DNA from: Octopus bimaculoides
Taxonomy: Eukaryota
NCBI RefSeq assembly: GCF_001194135.2
Contig: NC_068991.1
Coordinates: forward strand, 23,810,775-23,874,774
Length of the DNA stretch: 64,000 bases
Direction: 5' to 3'
Shown here: positions 1-13,600 of the stretch, one piece after another
Layout: each line of letters begins with the position of its first letter
Position numbering within the stretch: position 1 is the stretch's first letter
Notes under the pieces: generated by a model
What the model saw: only the letters and a program-made list of their open reading frames with translations
What the model was told of the DNA's origin: nothing
The model's database searches: none
Program-made: the position numbers and the translations under genes

Positions 1-231
1 CATGGATGCTTTTATGTCTCACCTAGCACAAATGCACTCTGTGTGGCACTGATACAAGTGCATTTTATGTGGCATGGCACAAGTGCATTTTACATGGCAC
101 TGTTATGAGTGAATTTTACGTGGCACTAGTACCTGCAAGACAAAGACCTTCTGGCTTAGAGACGGGGTGGGCATTGCCAAACCATGGATTTATATATCTA
201 GTTCAATAACAAAGCATTGTGTTGATATTCG

Positions 232-593
232 TTTACTTGTTTCAGTCATTGGACTGTGGCTATGCTGGGGCACTCCCTTAAAGAATTTTATTTGAATGAA
301 TTGGCCACAGTACTTTATATTTTAAGCCTGGTGCTTATTTTATCAGTTTTTTTTTTGCTGAACTGCTAAGTTACAGGGATGTAAACATACCAATGCTAGT
401 TATCAAGTGGTAATGGGAGATACACACACATATAGGCTTCTTTCAGTTTCCATTTACCAAATCCACTCACAAGGCTTTGATCAGCCTAAGGCTATAGTAG
501 AAGACACTTGCCCAAGGTGCAATGCAGTGGGACTGAACCCGGAACCATGTGGTTGAGAAGGTAGCTTCTAAACCACACAGCCATTCCTGTGCC
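232..593 (-). mobile_element. tRNA-derived SINE, family A
   Basis: Reverse complement of the family A copy at 3872-4284. Confidence 0.8.
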
Positions 594-1222
594 TATATAT
601 TTGGTAGTGAATATGTAAAATTTTGTCCTTTAATTGCCCTACAAAAACAAAAGGGTGCTCCTTCAACGTCTTAAGGATTTTCATATAGAGGAGACAAGGA
701 ATAATTGTTGACAAAGTATTTTTTTGTTTTTAATTTCTAAATGTTTAATTTTTTTTATTCAGTGCAATTATTTTTAGGACCTGAGATGTTTGTGGGTTTA
801 TTTCATCAATATATTTNNNNNNNNNNNNNNNNNNNNNNNNNNNNNNNNNNNNNNNNNNNNNNNNNNNNNNNNNNNNNNNNNNNNNNNNNNNNNNNNNNNN
901 NNNNNNNNNNNNNNNNNNNNNNNNNNNNNNNNNNNNNNNNNNNNNNNNNNNNNNNNNNNNNNNNNNNNNNNNNNNNNNNNNNNNNNNNNNNNNNNNNNNN
1001 NNNNNNNNNNNNNNNNNNNNNNNNNNNNNNNNNNNNNNNNNNNNNNNNNNNNNNNNNNNNNNNNNNNNNNNNNNNNNNNNNNNNNNNNNNNNNNNNTTTC
1101 AGGGTCGATAAAATAAGTACCAGTTGAGCACTGGGTCCGATGTAATCAACTTACCCCATTTCTCTAAATTGCTGGCCTTGTACCAAAATTTGAAACCAAT
1201 ATTTCAATATTTTTATCTCTTT

Positions 1223-1437
1223 AAAAGTGAAGAGCTGGCAGAATCATGAGCATGCCAGACAAATTGTTTAGTGGCATTTTGTTCATCCTTACATTTTGAG
1301 TTCAGATTCTGCCAAAGTCAACTTTCCCTTTCATCATTTCAGAGTCGATAAAATAAGTACCAGTTGAGCACTGGGGTTGATGTGAATGACTTCCCCCCCA
1401 CCCCGAAATTGCTGGTCTTGTGCCAAAATTTGAAATC
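1223..1437 (+). mobile_element. SINE family B with a 17-bp target-site duplication
   Basis: GAGCTGGCAGAATC..GAGTTCAGATTC..GTCGATAAAATAAGTACCAG..TTTGAAATC, flanked by AATATTTTTATCTCTTT at 1206-1222 and 1438-1454. Other B copies at about 10422-10638, 15490-15700, 27500-27715(-), 34258-34446, 56145-56340 and 61588-61770. Confidence 0.85.
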
Positions 1438-2272
1438 AATATTTTTATCTCTTTCCTGTTCCAGCTTGGGCACTCATCCTCTCTTTTATAATGTGAGCAG
1501 ACATGTAGCACCTCTACAGCAAGAAACTTCTGTTCTGACCCCTTCTCTCAGATTTTAACCCCTCATCTCCCAGCCTAAAGCTATCTCCCTCTCTACTGTA
1601 GTCCCATTCAGTCAAAGGGAATCTTAGTCATGCAAGCTGCAAGGCAACCTTAGTAGTGCTGGGAGTCTTGGAAAAAGTACCCAGTGTATGAGTAATATGG
1701 CTGGTGTTAGGAAGGGTATCCAGCTGTAGAAACCAGGCCAAAGAAGATGTTGAAGTATGGTGTAGTCCTCAAACTCGTTGGATACCACCAAGTCATTCAA
1801 CTTCTGCCAGTGTAAACCATGTACGTTAAATGACAATGATGATGAATAGTTCCATGCTGCAAAACTTTAAGTATCTTGGTTGTCGTCATCAATCTTTTTA
1901 TGTTCACTTTTTTTCCCATGCTGTGATGAGTTGGATGAAATTTCTATGGCTGGGGGCCCTTCCTGAGGCCAAACCTTATTTTTCAGTAAAGTACCTTGTT
2001 CCATTGGTCTTCACACATTTGACTGCTGAGCTGCAGGACATGAGCAGACACCTCTGCTGCCCAAGTGGTATGAAGACATACAGAGACTAGCATGCACACA
2101 TCAGTCTGCCTGCCTGCTTGCCTGTATTTCAAAAATAGCCTGCACTGATTTCAAACTCCCAACCCAAGAGTTGGTGACCCTGTACCTTAACCAATTAGCC
2201 ACATATTAATTCTGCATGTTGTAACTGTAACCTGTTGAAATTTTATTGATTTAATAATTTGTTTATTTTTAG

Positions 2273-2404
2273 CCAGAGATTGTGAAATTTATTCATGGAA
2301 TATGTGGTGAAGATTCAGAAATACAACCTGAGGAAGCAGAGAAAATTTGTATCTGTTGTTTAGGAATTCTTCAACAGTTCTGCTCAGATACTTTCACACA
2401 AAAA
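2273..2404 (+). CDS. PUS10: PUS10 exon (first in window)
   Basis: tttttag|CCAGAG...CAAAAA|gtaagt; [44 protein letters not shown]. Confidence 0.88.
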
Positions 2405-2982
2405 GTAAGTCTGTTGAAATGTACTCTTAGAGTGTGATGGTCTTCTAGACTCATTAGGTCTGTATCTGCTGCTTTTTCAGTTCTTGATGGTTTTTTTAAT
2501 TCCTTTATTGGTTTTGGTCATTGGACTGTGGCCATGCTGGTACACTGCCTCTAAGTGTTTAGTTGATCATGTTACTGTCAATATAAGTCTGCTAGTTATG
2601 TTACCTATTTGTCTAATTGGCCAAGTCTTTAGAGTGGTGAACTGGATGCTTCACAGGACCTGTCCTGACTATGCTCTGAGTTCAAATCCTAACAAGGTCA
2701 ACTTTGCCTTTCAACCTTTCGTTGTTGATAAACAGAAAAAGACAATTCAAAGCGATGGATTAGCAGAAGTGTAAGAAGGTTGAACTGGATGTTGTTTATT
2801 CCATTTGTTTGTGTTATGAGTTCAAATTCAGCTATGACCTACTTGAGTGAAAAAGCATCTTTCACTAATCATACTTTATAATCTTAGATGATAAAAGACA
2901 CACCAGGCAATGTTGACACTGATATACAAAAATGTGGGATGATGATAATTTGAAAGCCTCTGGTCTTATATACATATATAGT

Positions 2983-3030
<48 letters not shown>

Positions 3031-4041
3031 CTTGTGGTACTGGAAGGTAGCAGCTTCACTAGAAATAGGATGAACTCTGAAGCCATAGAGAGCTCACTTA
3101 TTTAAAACAAGCATGTTGAAAAGTGGGCAGTGAATAAAAATTATAACTCCTACCTCTGCAAAGTCTGCAAAAGAAGCTAAATTTAAAGATATTCACCTCA
3201 CTATGCTTGCTTATTTGTGTGAAGGCTTCGGAGTGCATCTGACTCCTATTTCTAGCAAAGCTGGCACTTACCAGTACCATAATTATATTATATNNNNNNN
3301 NNNNNNNNNNNNNNNNNNNNNNNNNNNNNNNNNNNNNNNNNNNNNNNNNNNNNNNNTATATATCCTAAACTTGTACTGTTCATGCTTTGGATGGCCACTA
3401 ATATCATTATTTACTAGTAATATCTCTATATATTTATAAATTATTCACTTAGCTCGTTTCAGAATGTGCCTTGGGCCTTCACACGAACAAACAAGCATGG
3501 TGTGGTGAATATTTTTAAATTGAGCTTCTTTTACAATAGGCTTAGTTGAGAAAGAACAAGTGCCCCTTAGCACAAATCCCAAAATCAGCACTAAGTTATC
3601 TGCCATTTCTTTTGCAGACTTTGCAGAGGTAAGAATTATAGTTTTTATTCATTACCTGCTTTTCACCATGCTTGTTTTAAATAAGTTAGCTTTCTGTGGC
3701 TTTAGAGTTCATCTGACTCATATTTCTAGCAAAGCTGGTACTTCATAGTACAATAATTATATTATATATATGTATAAATATATATATATATATATGTTCC
3801 TAAACTTGCTTGCACAGTTCATGCTTTGGATGGCCACTAATATTATTATTTACTAGTAATATCTTTATATAGGCGCAGGAGTGGCTGTGTGGGAAGTAGC
3901 TTGCTTACCAACCACATGGTTCCGGGTTCAGTCCCACTGCGTGGCACCTTGGGCAAGTGTCTTCTACTATAGCCTCGGGCCGACCAAAGCCTTGTGAGTG
4001 GATTTGGTAGACGGAAACTGAAAGAACCCCTTCGTATCTAT

Positions 4042-4079
<38 letters not shown>

Positions 4080-7000
4080 CTGTGTTTGTCCCCCTAGCAT
4101 TGCTTGACAACCGATGCTGGTGTGTTTATGTCCCCGTCACTTAGCAGTTTGGCAAAAAGAGACCGATAGAATAAGTACTAGGCTTACAAAGAATAAGTCC
4201 CGGGGTCGATTTGCTCTACTAAAGGCGGTGCTCCAGCATGGCCACAGTCAAATGACTGAAACAAGTAAAAGAGTCAAAAGAGTATACTTATAAATTATTC
4301 ACTTAGTTCATTTCAGAATGTGCCTTGGGCCTTCTCATGAACAAGCAAGCATGGTGTGGTGAATATCTTTAAATTGAGCTTCTTTTGCAGTAGGCTTAGC
4401 TGAGGAAGGACAAGTGCCCCTTAGCACAATTCCCGAAATCTTTACTAAGTTATCTGCCATTCCTTTAGTGGACTTCACAGAGGTAAGAGTTATAATTTTT
4501 ATTCACCACCCATTTTTCACTATGCTCGTTTTAAATAAGTGAGCTCTCTATGGCTTCAGAGTTCATCTGACTCCTATTTCTAGTGAAGCTGGTACTTCCC
4601 AGTACAATAATTATATCATATATATATGTATAAATTTATATATATGTTCATAAACTTTCCTGCACAGTTCATGCTTTGGATGGCCACTAATATTATTATT
4701 TACTATTAATATCTCTCTCTCTCTCTCCTATATATATATATATACACACACACACACATATATATATATACATGTGTATGTAGGTATGTATGTAGTTATG
4801 CATGCATGCACATCTACAGCTTGTGCTTCACACATTTCTGTATATAACTGCATATTTCATTTGCCAGTGAGTGTATTAGCAAACTTAGTGATCGTTAATT
4901 AACTTTTTCCAAGCCATATTTTTAACAAATTACTCTGTTTCAAATAGTTTTTGAGAATCATCAAAAATTTGGATGAATTTAGTAAAACAGCTAACTCATA
5001 TGTTATTAAAACTAGTTCGAGGAAACATAATAAATAGATATATGATATATAAATATAACAAATAGCACATGATATAATATATAGGTCCTTACATAATATA
5101 ATATATAATCATGTGTATAATAAGTAAATATAATGAATAACAATCTATAAGCATGATATAACAATAAGTTCGTACTTCTAGTTATAATGGAAGGTTTTAA
5201 TTTAAATATGAATAACTTAAGATAATGGTCACAATATTGTCTTGCAACTTGATCTCACTGGTGTCATGGTCATGAAAAATGCACCAGTATATTTTGTAAA
5301 ATGGTTAGTGTCAGTAAGGGCATCAGGTTATAGAAAGCATGCCAAAGCAGATATTGGAGCTTGATGCAGTCCTCTGGCTCATTAGATCCTGTCAAACCAC
5401 CCAACCCATGCCAGCATGGAAGACAAATGTTAAATGATGAAGGGCTGGTGTCAATAGAGTTAATAGAGTCATGTTTTATGCATTTCTATAAATAACTATT
5501 TGCTTGACCTTGACCTTGTTTGTGTGTCTGACTAATCAAAACCTGTTGCTTTCTCTTCTAACAGATTATCGAACATGTAAAATCTTCCGGCTACATTTTC
5601 TCCAATTATTTGTGTTCTCTCATGTTACCAGTGTCTTTGATTGTCCGCCAGGTAATTTGAACTTGTGTACTTTGTGTTTTCATTACATATATTCTTTTAT
5701 TCTTTTCTTGGTTTCACTTGTTGCATTGTAGTTATGCTGGAGCACTACTTTCAAGTTGATATATATCAACTGCAGTACTTGACTCTCTTTTGATGAAAGG
5801 CAAATTTGACCTGGGTGAGATTCAAATATAGAACATAATGGGAAGTAAATCAAGTACCACAAGGTACTTTGTCTGGTGCTCTACTGAATCTGCAATCGCC
5901 ACTTCACATTTATTTTGTGATTACTATGACAATGTAGGGCTGAGAGGAGCCAATGACATGACAGATTTTCTAATCCTAGTGTGACTATAAAATGCACCCT
6001 GTACACTTTGGAAAGGGGTTAGCATTAGGAAGGGCATCCTATTGTAGAATCTTGGCCAAAAATTGAGATGTACAAACAAGACATGGTCTACTGATTCACG
6101 AGGAAGGTAGTAACTCTGAACAAAGATAGACACAGGCCATGATTTCCTATACAATTCATACCAGAATGAATTGGATGATGTTAAAAAAAAGTTATAATAA
6201 TGGTTGCATTATGTCCTTCAGTGAAAATATACCACCTGTAGTAATTGTTTTTGCTGCATGATAAACTTCCTGCTGTTTCTGTGAAGATCTACAAATTTAA
6301 TTTATAGGCAGTGACAAGTGACTGAGACCTTTGGCAATATACTGTTCTTGAGAAAACCTGTCAAGCTAAGTGAGATTGTAGTTGTGGCTGATGCCAATGT
6401 TATGTAACGGGCACCTGTGCTGGTGGCATGTAAAAAGCACTCACTACACTCTTGGAGTGGTTGGTATTAGGAAGGGTAACCAGCCATAGAAACCATACCA
6501 AATCAGACTGGAACCTGGTGCAGCTCCCCAGCTTACCAATTTTCAGTCAAACCATCCAACTCATTCCAGCATGGAAAATGGACGTTAAATGATGATGATT
6601 ATACCAGTTCTTCACTTCATTTCACTTTGTTAAAACACTTTCATTCTGGAGAATTTACAGAGTAGTTGGTGTTAGGAAAGGCATCCAGCCATAAAAACCC
6701 TACCAAAATAGATACAGTAGCCTAGGGTAGTTTTTCTACCTGGCTGGCTCCTGTCAACCATCCTACTTACGCATGCATGGAAGATGGATGTTAAATGATG
6801 ATGATGATGATCAATAAATTGACTTTCTAACTATATTCCATTCTGTTTATATTGTTTACACTAATGGTGATCTGTCAGAGGGATGGATGAAGAAACATTT
6901 GACAATTTAGGTCTACTTCTTATCATCATCATCCTCATCATTGAATGACTACTTTTCCCTGCTTGCATGGGTCAGACAGAATTTATTGAAGCAAATTTTC

Positions 7001-7163
7001 TATTGCTGGATGCCCATTCTGTCTCCAGCCTTTATCAATTTTCTAATAAGAGAATATTTCCCCATAGCTAGAGATGCTTTATACAGAAGGCTTTATGACA
7101 AAGTGGCTCTTTTATAACCATCATATGATGTCCATACAACAGTATACACAAACACACATACAT

Positions 7164-7218
<55 letters not shown>

Positions 7219-10178
7219 NNNNNNNNNNNNNNNNNNNNNNNNNNNNNNNNNNNNNNNNNNNNNNNNNNNNNNNNNNNNNNNNNNNNNNNNNNNNNNNNNN
7301 NNNNNNNNNNNNNNNNNNNNNNNNNNNNNNNNNNNNNNNNNNNNNNNNNNNNNNNNNNNNNNNNNNNNNNNNNNNNNNNNNNNNNNNNNNNNNNNNNNNN
7401 NNNNNNNNNNNNNNNNNNNNNNNNNNNNNNNNNNNNNNNNNNNNNNNNNNNNNNNNNNNNNNNNNNNNNNNNNNNNNNNNNNNNNNNNNNNNNNNNNNNN
7501 NNNNNNNNNNNNNNNNNNNNNNNNNNNNNNNNNNNNNNNNNNNNNNNNNNNNNNNNNNNNNNNNNNNNNNNNNNNNNNNNNNNTGTTATCGTGTGAATAC
7601 ATCAGAAGTAGTCCTTGCTTAAGTATTTTGATGTACTTTTCAGAGTTTATAGTTCCAACACATTCGATCAGCTCAGAACGATCATTGTTGATGACAGCTC
7701 CCCATACCATTACAGAGAAAATCACTCTATTCCAAAATGAACTAGATTTTTCTGACATCTCCTTAGCCCATTTCTTTCTTTTCATGATATTAATTGGTTG
7801 AAGGAGAGGTTTTCTTCTAGCTGCTCGTCCATAATACCCAAGTTTATGCAGATATGTAGCACACACTCTTGGACTAACTTCTAGCTGTTTTGCAGTGTCA
7901 GAAGTGTTCGAACGGGGTTCGTTTTCCACAATTCTCTTCAAACAGTGAAGCTTCCTTTCTGAGGGTCCAGGTCAGCTAGGACGAAAATCTGTTGATTCTT
8001 TTCCTTGGCTTTTGAATTATAATTCTATTAACATTAGCAAGAGGAATTTGAAGATTTTCGGCAATTTTTCGCTGGCTAAGACCAGCCTCAGATTGCCCAA
8101 CAATACGACCTCTTTGGAAATCTGACAGTTCTGCTGAATTTTTGTGCATGGCATAGTTACTCTTTGCAAATGTTTAATATAATGACACCTGGAATGAAAA
8201 GAATAATTACATTGTAAATTCTACACCGCTGAAAACATATTAAGATGCTATGATTAGAAATTTTGAAAATCAAAGGTGTCTATTTACTTCCTGCATGTCT
8301 GTGTGTACGACAAGCTTTTAGTTTCCATCTACCAAATCCACTCACATAGCTTTGGTCAGCCTGGTGCTATAGTAAAAGACACTTGTTCAAGATGTCACAC
8401 AATGTGACTCCAATAGCTTTTATGGCTCAGTAATACATTTCTTTAGCTCTAATTATTAATTACTTGCACATCTTATGAAATGAAATTAACATAAACCCTG
8501 GAGGTGTAAGAGAAAAGTTCATCCATGCTAGAAGTTTAACTCAGAACATAACTGAATGAAACTAATTACTACAAAGTATTTTGTCCAGAGCTCAGCCTTA
8601 CCTGCCATCCATCTCCTTGAAGCTATGTCACAATCTCTATAAGCTTGGAGATGATTGTTTACTATTGTTTTTTTTTTCCTTCTATTTTGTCTCAGTCATC
8701 GGATTGACACCATGCTGGAGCACCACCTTGAAGGTTTAGCCAATGAGATCAACACTAGTATTTATTTTTTAAATCTGGCATTTATTCAATTGCCCTTATT
8801 TTGCTGAACTGCTAAGTGATGTGTACATACACAAACCAGTGCTGATTGCTAAGCTGTGGTAAACACACAAATGTGCAGACACAGGTACACATATGTGCAC
8901 ACACCACATACACACGCATGCACACCACGCACACACACACACACACACTATTTGCAGAAGTGGACAAACAGTATTAGGCTACGTAAATCAAGTGATTTGG
9001 ACTACAAATGATAACCATTATTAATGTTTACCTCCAGGTCAGTTCTGATCAAGCAGATTTATGATCAAAAAGCATTCCAACTGTAAAAGATATACTTTCT
9101 TTCTTCCCTTTCTTTTTTGGCCTAGTTTACCTTGGGCTATATTATCTAAAGTGCTCTAGCTAATGTGTCCTAAGAAAATGGGTTGTGATTTTAGTGAGTT
9201 GTGGCTGCTATTTCTAGTAAGTTGAGTGACCATGTAGGAGGCTTGTTTTGAAATTTGGTTACTGAGAACTAAGTATTACCTGACTATAAATGGTTGTTTT
9301 AGTAATTGGTGTTGTTGACTTCCTCCCCCCTTTACCACCTTATGTCTCTCACTCTCTCTGCATATTCTTGTGACCTGACTATTAAAAGCTGTTGTCTTAA
9401 TAATTGATGTTAAAAATAAAATGTTCCATGCTTTTGGTAAATAGAATGTGAATTCTAAAGAACAAAAAATGTATATACAGAATTATTGAATAGAAATTAT
9501 TGTTGCTTTTCAGCATTCAGTTTACCTTCATTTAAGAGATGAATTTGTGTAAGTAGTTTTTATGATAAAACATTTTGAAACTAATACGTGTGTGTATGTA
9601 TGTGTGTAATTATACATGATAAGAAGTATACACTGTTTACAGTTGTTGGATTGGTTTTCTCATCTTGATTGTTGCTTTCATTATATTTTGGCTATGTATC
9701 CTCCAGTCTTCTTCATGTGTTTTATGATTAATCTTAGTGCCTTAGACCAAAGAACTGAAGTATTTTGGATTGCAAGACAGTATGTGGGAGAAAACCGTGA
9801 TATCATAGAGAAATGTGTGACTGTTAACCAATGCTTTTATCCACTATGCTATGACTGTAGGCAGTGACCAAGTGAATTTTTAAGACTTTTAAACCTCCAT
9901 TGATGTCACTGCTTACAGGCATAGCATAATAGATAAAGGCATTGGTTAATGCAGTGCAGTCACCTCTGGGTTCTATGTTCAAACCCAGACATGGCACTAA
10001 GGTGAATCACAAGACATTTGAAAAAGGCCAAGACATAGCGAAAGCAACAATCAAGATGAGGAACCCACTCCAATTGTAAAATGCACTGCACCAATGCCTC
10101 AATAATATATTTGTTTAACCTGATAGTATGGGAAATATATATAATATAAATATATAATATATATATACATATAATATA

Positions 10179-10214
<36 letters not shown>

Positions 10215-10660
10215 AATTGCTGCATGGAAGGTGTTTATAAACACCTAAGTAAACCTGTCTCCTAGCTTCCCTTTTGGCAATCTGATACAGTTCCCTGCTA
10301 CTACTGTTCTTCCAGTCATTCCATGCCTGCTTCTTTTCCCTAATGGCCTTGTCAACTACATTGTTCCACCACCATAATATATATAATATATATATAATAT
10401 AAATATTATATGTGTGATATAAGGTGGTGAGCTGGCAGAATTGTTTGGATACCATGCAAAATGCTTAGCAGCATTTTGTCCACCTTAACGTTCTGAGTTC
10501 AAATTCTGCTGAGGTCGTCTTTGCCTTTCATCCTTTCGGGGTTGATAAATTAAGTATTAGTGAAACACTGGGGTCTATGTAATTAACTAGTCCCCTCCCC
10601 TTAAATTTCAGACCTTGTGCCTTTAGTAGAAAGGATTATAGATATAATATAATGTAAATG

Positions 10661-10698
<38 letters not shown>

Positions 10699-13600
10699 GC
10701 ATACATATATATACATACATATATATAATATTTATTTAAAATTGTAAGGTTTGATTTCAAGGGAGATTTGGCTGTTATTTTTAGCAGAACAAGTGACCAT
10801 ATAGAAGTGTCTTATGGTTTGAGTGATGACAAAGAGTCTCTCTTGTTAGTGTAAACAACCACAAAGAGATTTCCTTGGGAGCTCAAGTGGCTATATAGAT
10901 AGTCCTTTCTCTGGGCAGCAGATTATTTCATGTTTAAGAATTTGTTTTTGCTTTTGAAATACTCAGTTATTATCTTACTTTTCTTTTCAATATTGCAACA
11001 GTGCTATGTACCATGGTATCTCAGATGATGACATTCCTGCTGTCAAAGAAGTATGGAAATGGCAGAATGGACCAATATTAGCAGATGCTTTGGCTGCTCC
11101 TTTCAATATGAAGGTAACTTTATGTTCAAAAGAATTTCCATGAATGTACTAGGTGTGGGTGGAGGCGCAATGGCCCAGTAGTTAGGGCAGCGGACTCGCA
11201 GTCATAAGATCGTGGTTTCGATTCCCAGACCGGGCGTTGTGAGTGTTCATTGAGCGAAAACACCTAAAGCTGTACTCCTTCATCACAACTTTATCTCACT
11301 CTTACTTCCTGTTTCTGTTGTGCCTGTAATTCAAAGGGTCAGCCTTGTCACACTGAATATCCCCGAGAACTACGTTAAGGGTACACATGTCTGTGGAGTG
11401 CTCAGCCACTTGCACGTTAATTTCATGAGCAGGCTGTTCCGTTGATCGGATCAACTGGAACCCTCCACATCATAAGCGACGGAGTGCCAACAACTAGGTG
11501 TGGGCATGGCTATGCGGTTGAGAAGTTTGCTTTCTATCCACGTGGTTTCAGGTTCAATCTTACTTTGCAACACCTTGGGCAAATCTTTTACTATATTTCT
11601 GAGTCGATCAATGCCTTGTGAGTGGATTTGATAGATAGAAACTGAAAAAAGCCAGTCATATATATTTGGTATTCTGATCCTGAATGCGCTTAGTTTCTGT
11701 AAGATGCCTACAAAAGTTTAAGATGCACGGAGCCAAATCAAACTGTTTTAAATAATACTATGTCTGTATGGGTGGAGGTGCATGGCTTAGTGGCTAAGGT
11801 GTTGTGCTCATGGTAATAGTTTTGATTCCTGGACTGGGCAGCACGTGTTCTTGAGCAAAACACTTCATTTCACACTGCTCCAGTTGGCTCAGCTGGCAAA
11901 AATGAGTAACCCTTTGATGGACAGGTGTCCCATCCAGGTGGGGAATATATATGCCATGGAAACTGGAAAACGGGTCCTATGAGTCTATATGACTCTTGAA
12001 AGCTATATGTACAGGGGTTGGACAAAATGGAAACACCTTAAAATTTCAAACAAATTTATTTTAATATGAGGTAGGACCACCTTTGGCAGTAATTACAGCT
12101 TGAATTCTATGAGGTATGGACTTGTACAAAGTTTGAATTGTTTCCAAAGGAATTTTTGTCTACTCTTCAGCTAAAACAGTCTCCAGTTCTTGTAGTGGTG
12201 AATGTAGGGGATATTGACTCCTTACTTGTTTTTCTAAAATGCACCACAAACGTTCAATAATATTGAGATCTGGGGACTGTGGTGGTCAGATAAGATGTTC
12301 AACTTCACTAGAATGTTCCTCGTGCCATTCAGTAACAACTTTAGCTGTGTAAATTGGTGCATTATCATCCTGAAAGATTGCGTTTCCCTCTGGAAACAGT
12401 TCCGCAACCATAGGATGAATTTGATCAGATAAAATGCTTAAATAGACTTGACTATTAATTCTGTCATGAAGGGAAACCATTGGGCCGGCGGATTTCTAAG
12501 ATATAGCCCCCCTCCCAATCATCACAGATCCTCCTTCATGTTTAACAGTTGGAAGAAGACAGTCTGGGTCAAATGCTTCGTTTGGTTGTCTCCACATGTA
12601 TACTCAGCCGGTGGTCGGAAATAAGGTAAAGGATGACTCATCCGAGAAAATAACATTCTTCCACTGCTCTAGGGACCAATTCTGTAGGTTTTTACTCCAC
12701 TCTAAACGCTTAGCAACGTTTGGTTTTGAAAGTAGTGGTTTTCTGATTGCAGCCTTCCCATAAAATCCAGCTTTGTGCAGCTCCCAGTGAACAGCATTTT
12801 TGAAAACTGGGTTCTCAAGGTGGTCATTAAGCTCTGCAGTAATTTTGAGAGCTGTACTTTTGAGATCCTTTCTAACAATTCATGTAAGAGTCCGATGGTC
12901 CCTATCTGAAAGTTTTGGTTTTGTTTCGACAAACATTTCAGCTGTTTTTGTTAAGCTAGCGCCTGCCATATGAGCACCAACAGTTTGACCTCTTTGAAAG
13001 TCTGATAGATCTGTCATTTTAATGAATTTTAATTACTTTTTTCTGATGATATCTGAAAAGAAACAGCAATTTTAGCAAAACCTTAAGCAACACTAATAAC
13101 AAATCAAAAAACATAAAAATAAACAAGCTTTTGACAGTTTTATAGATATTTCAAAATTATGATGCTATGATACTACATGTTTCCATTATTTTGTCCAACC
13201 CCTGTATGTATATTTGTGTGTGTGGATGTTTGTCTGTCTGTCTGTCTTCACATGTGCTTGCATGTTTTCATCATGTTTACTTGTTTGTAAGCAATAGCTT
13301 CTTACCTGTGTCATTAGCTTTCAATTCTTGACATAGAACATGACCAAGTTGTTAGCTGTTCAAAAGACTGGGAAATTATTACTTCACTTGGATACAAAGT
13401 GAGGTTTGGTGATAGGAAGGACATCTGGCTGTAGAAAAATTCTGCTTCAACATACTCTCGTCTGACCTATGAAAGCATGGAAAAGTAGATGTTAGAACAA
13501 TGATGATGATTATAGTAACCTCTTAGTATTTTCACAAACCTTTGCAAGGTAGGTTGTTGATCAATCAGACTGCTGTGACCATTCTGTGATCATCATCATT

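Noticed and set aside
741-816. ATG at 741 as a possible PUS10 first exon
   Set aside because: The translation shows no similarity to the Pus10 N-terminal CxRC region. The true start is probably upstream of the window, though it could be hidden in the 817-1096 gap.
11161-11232. tRNA-like sequences with A and B boxes (also 3872, 11774, 38576, 59021)
   Set aside because: Each continues into a repeated SINE body and lacks a clean cloverleaf, so they are SINE heads and not tRNA genes.
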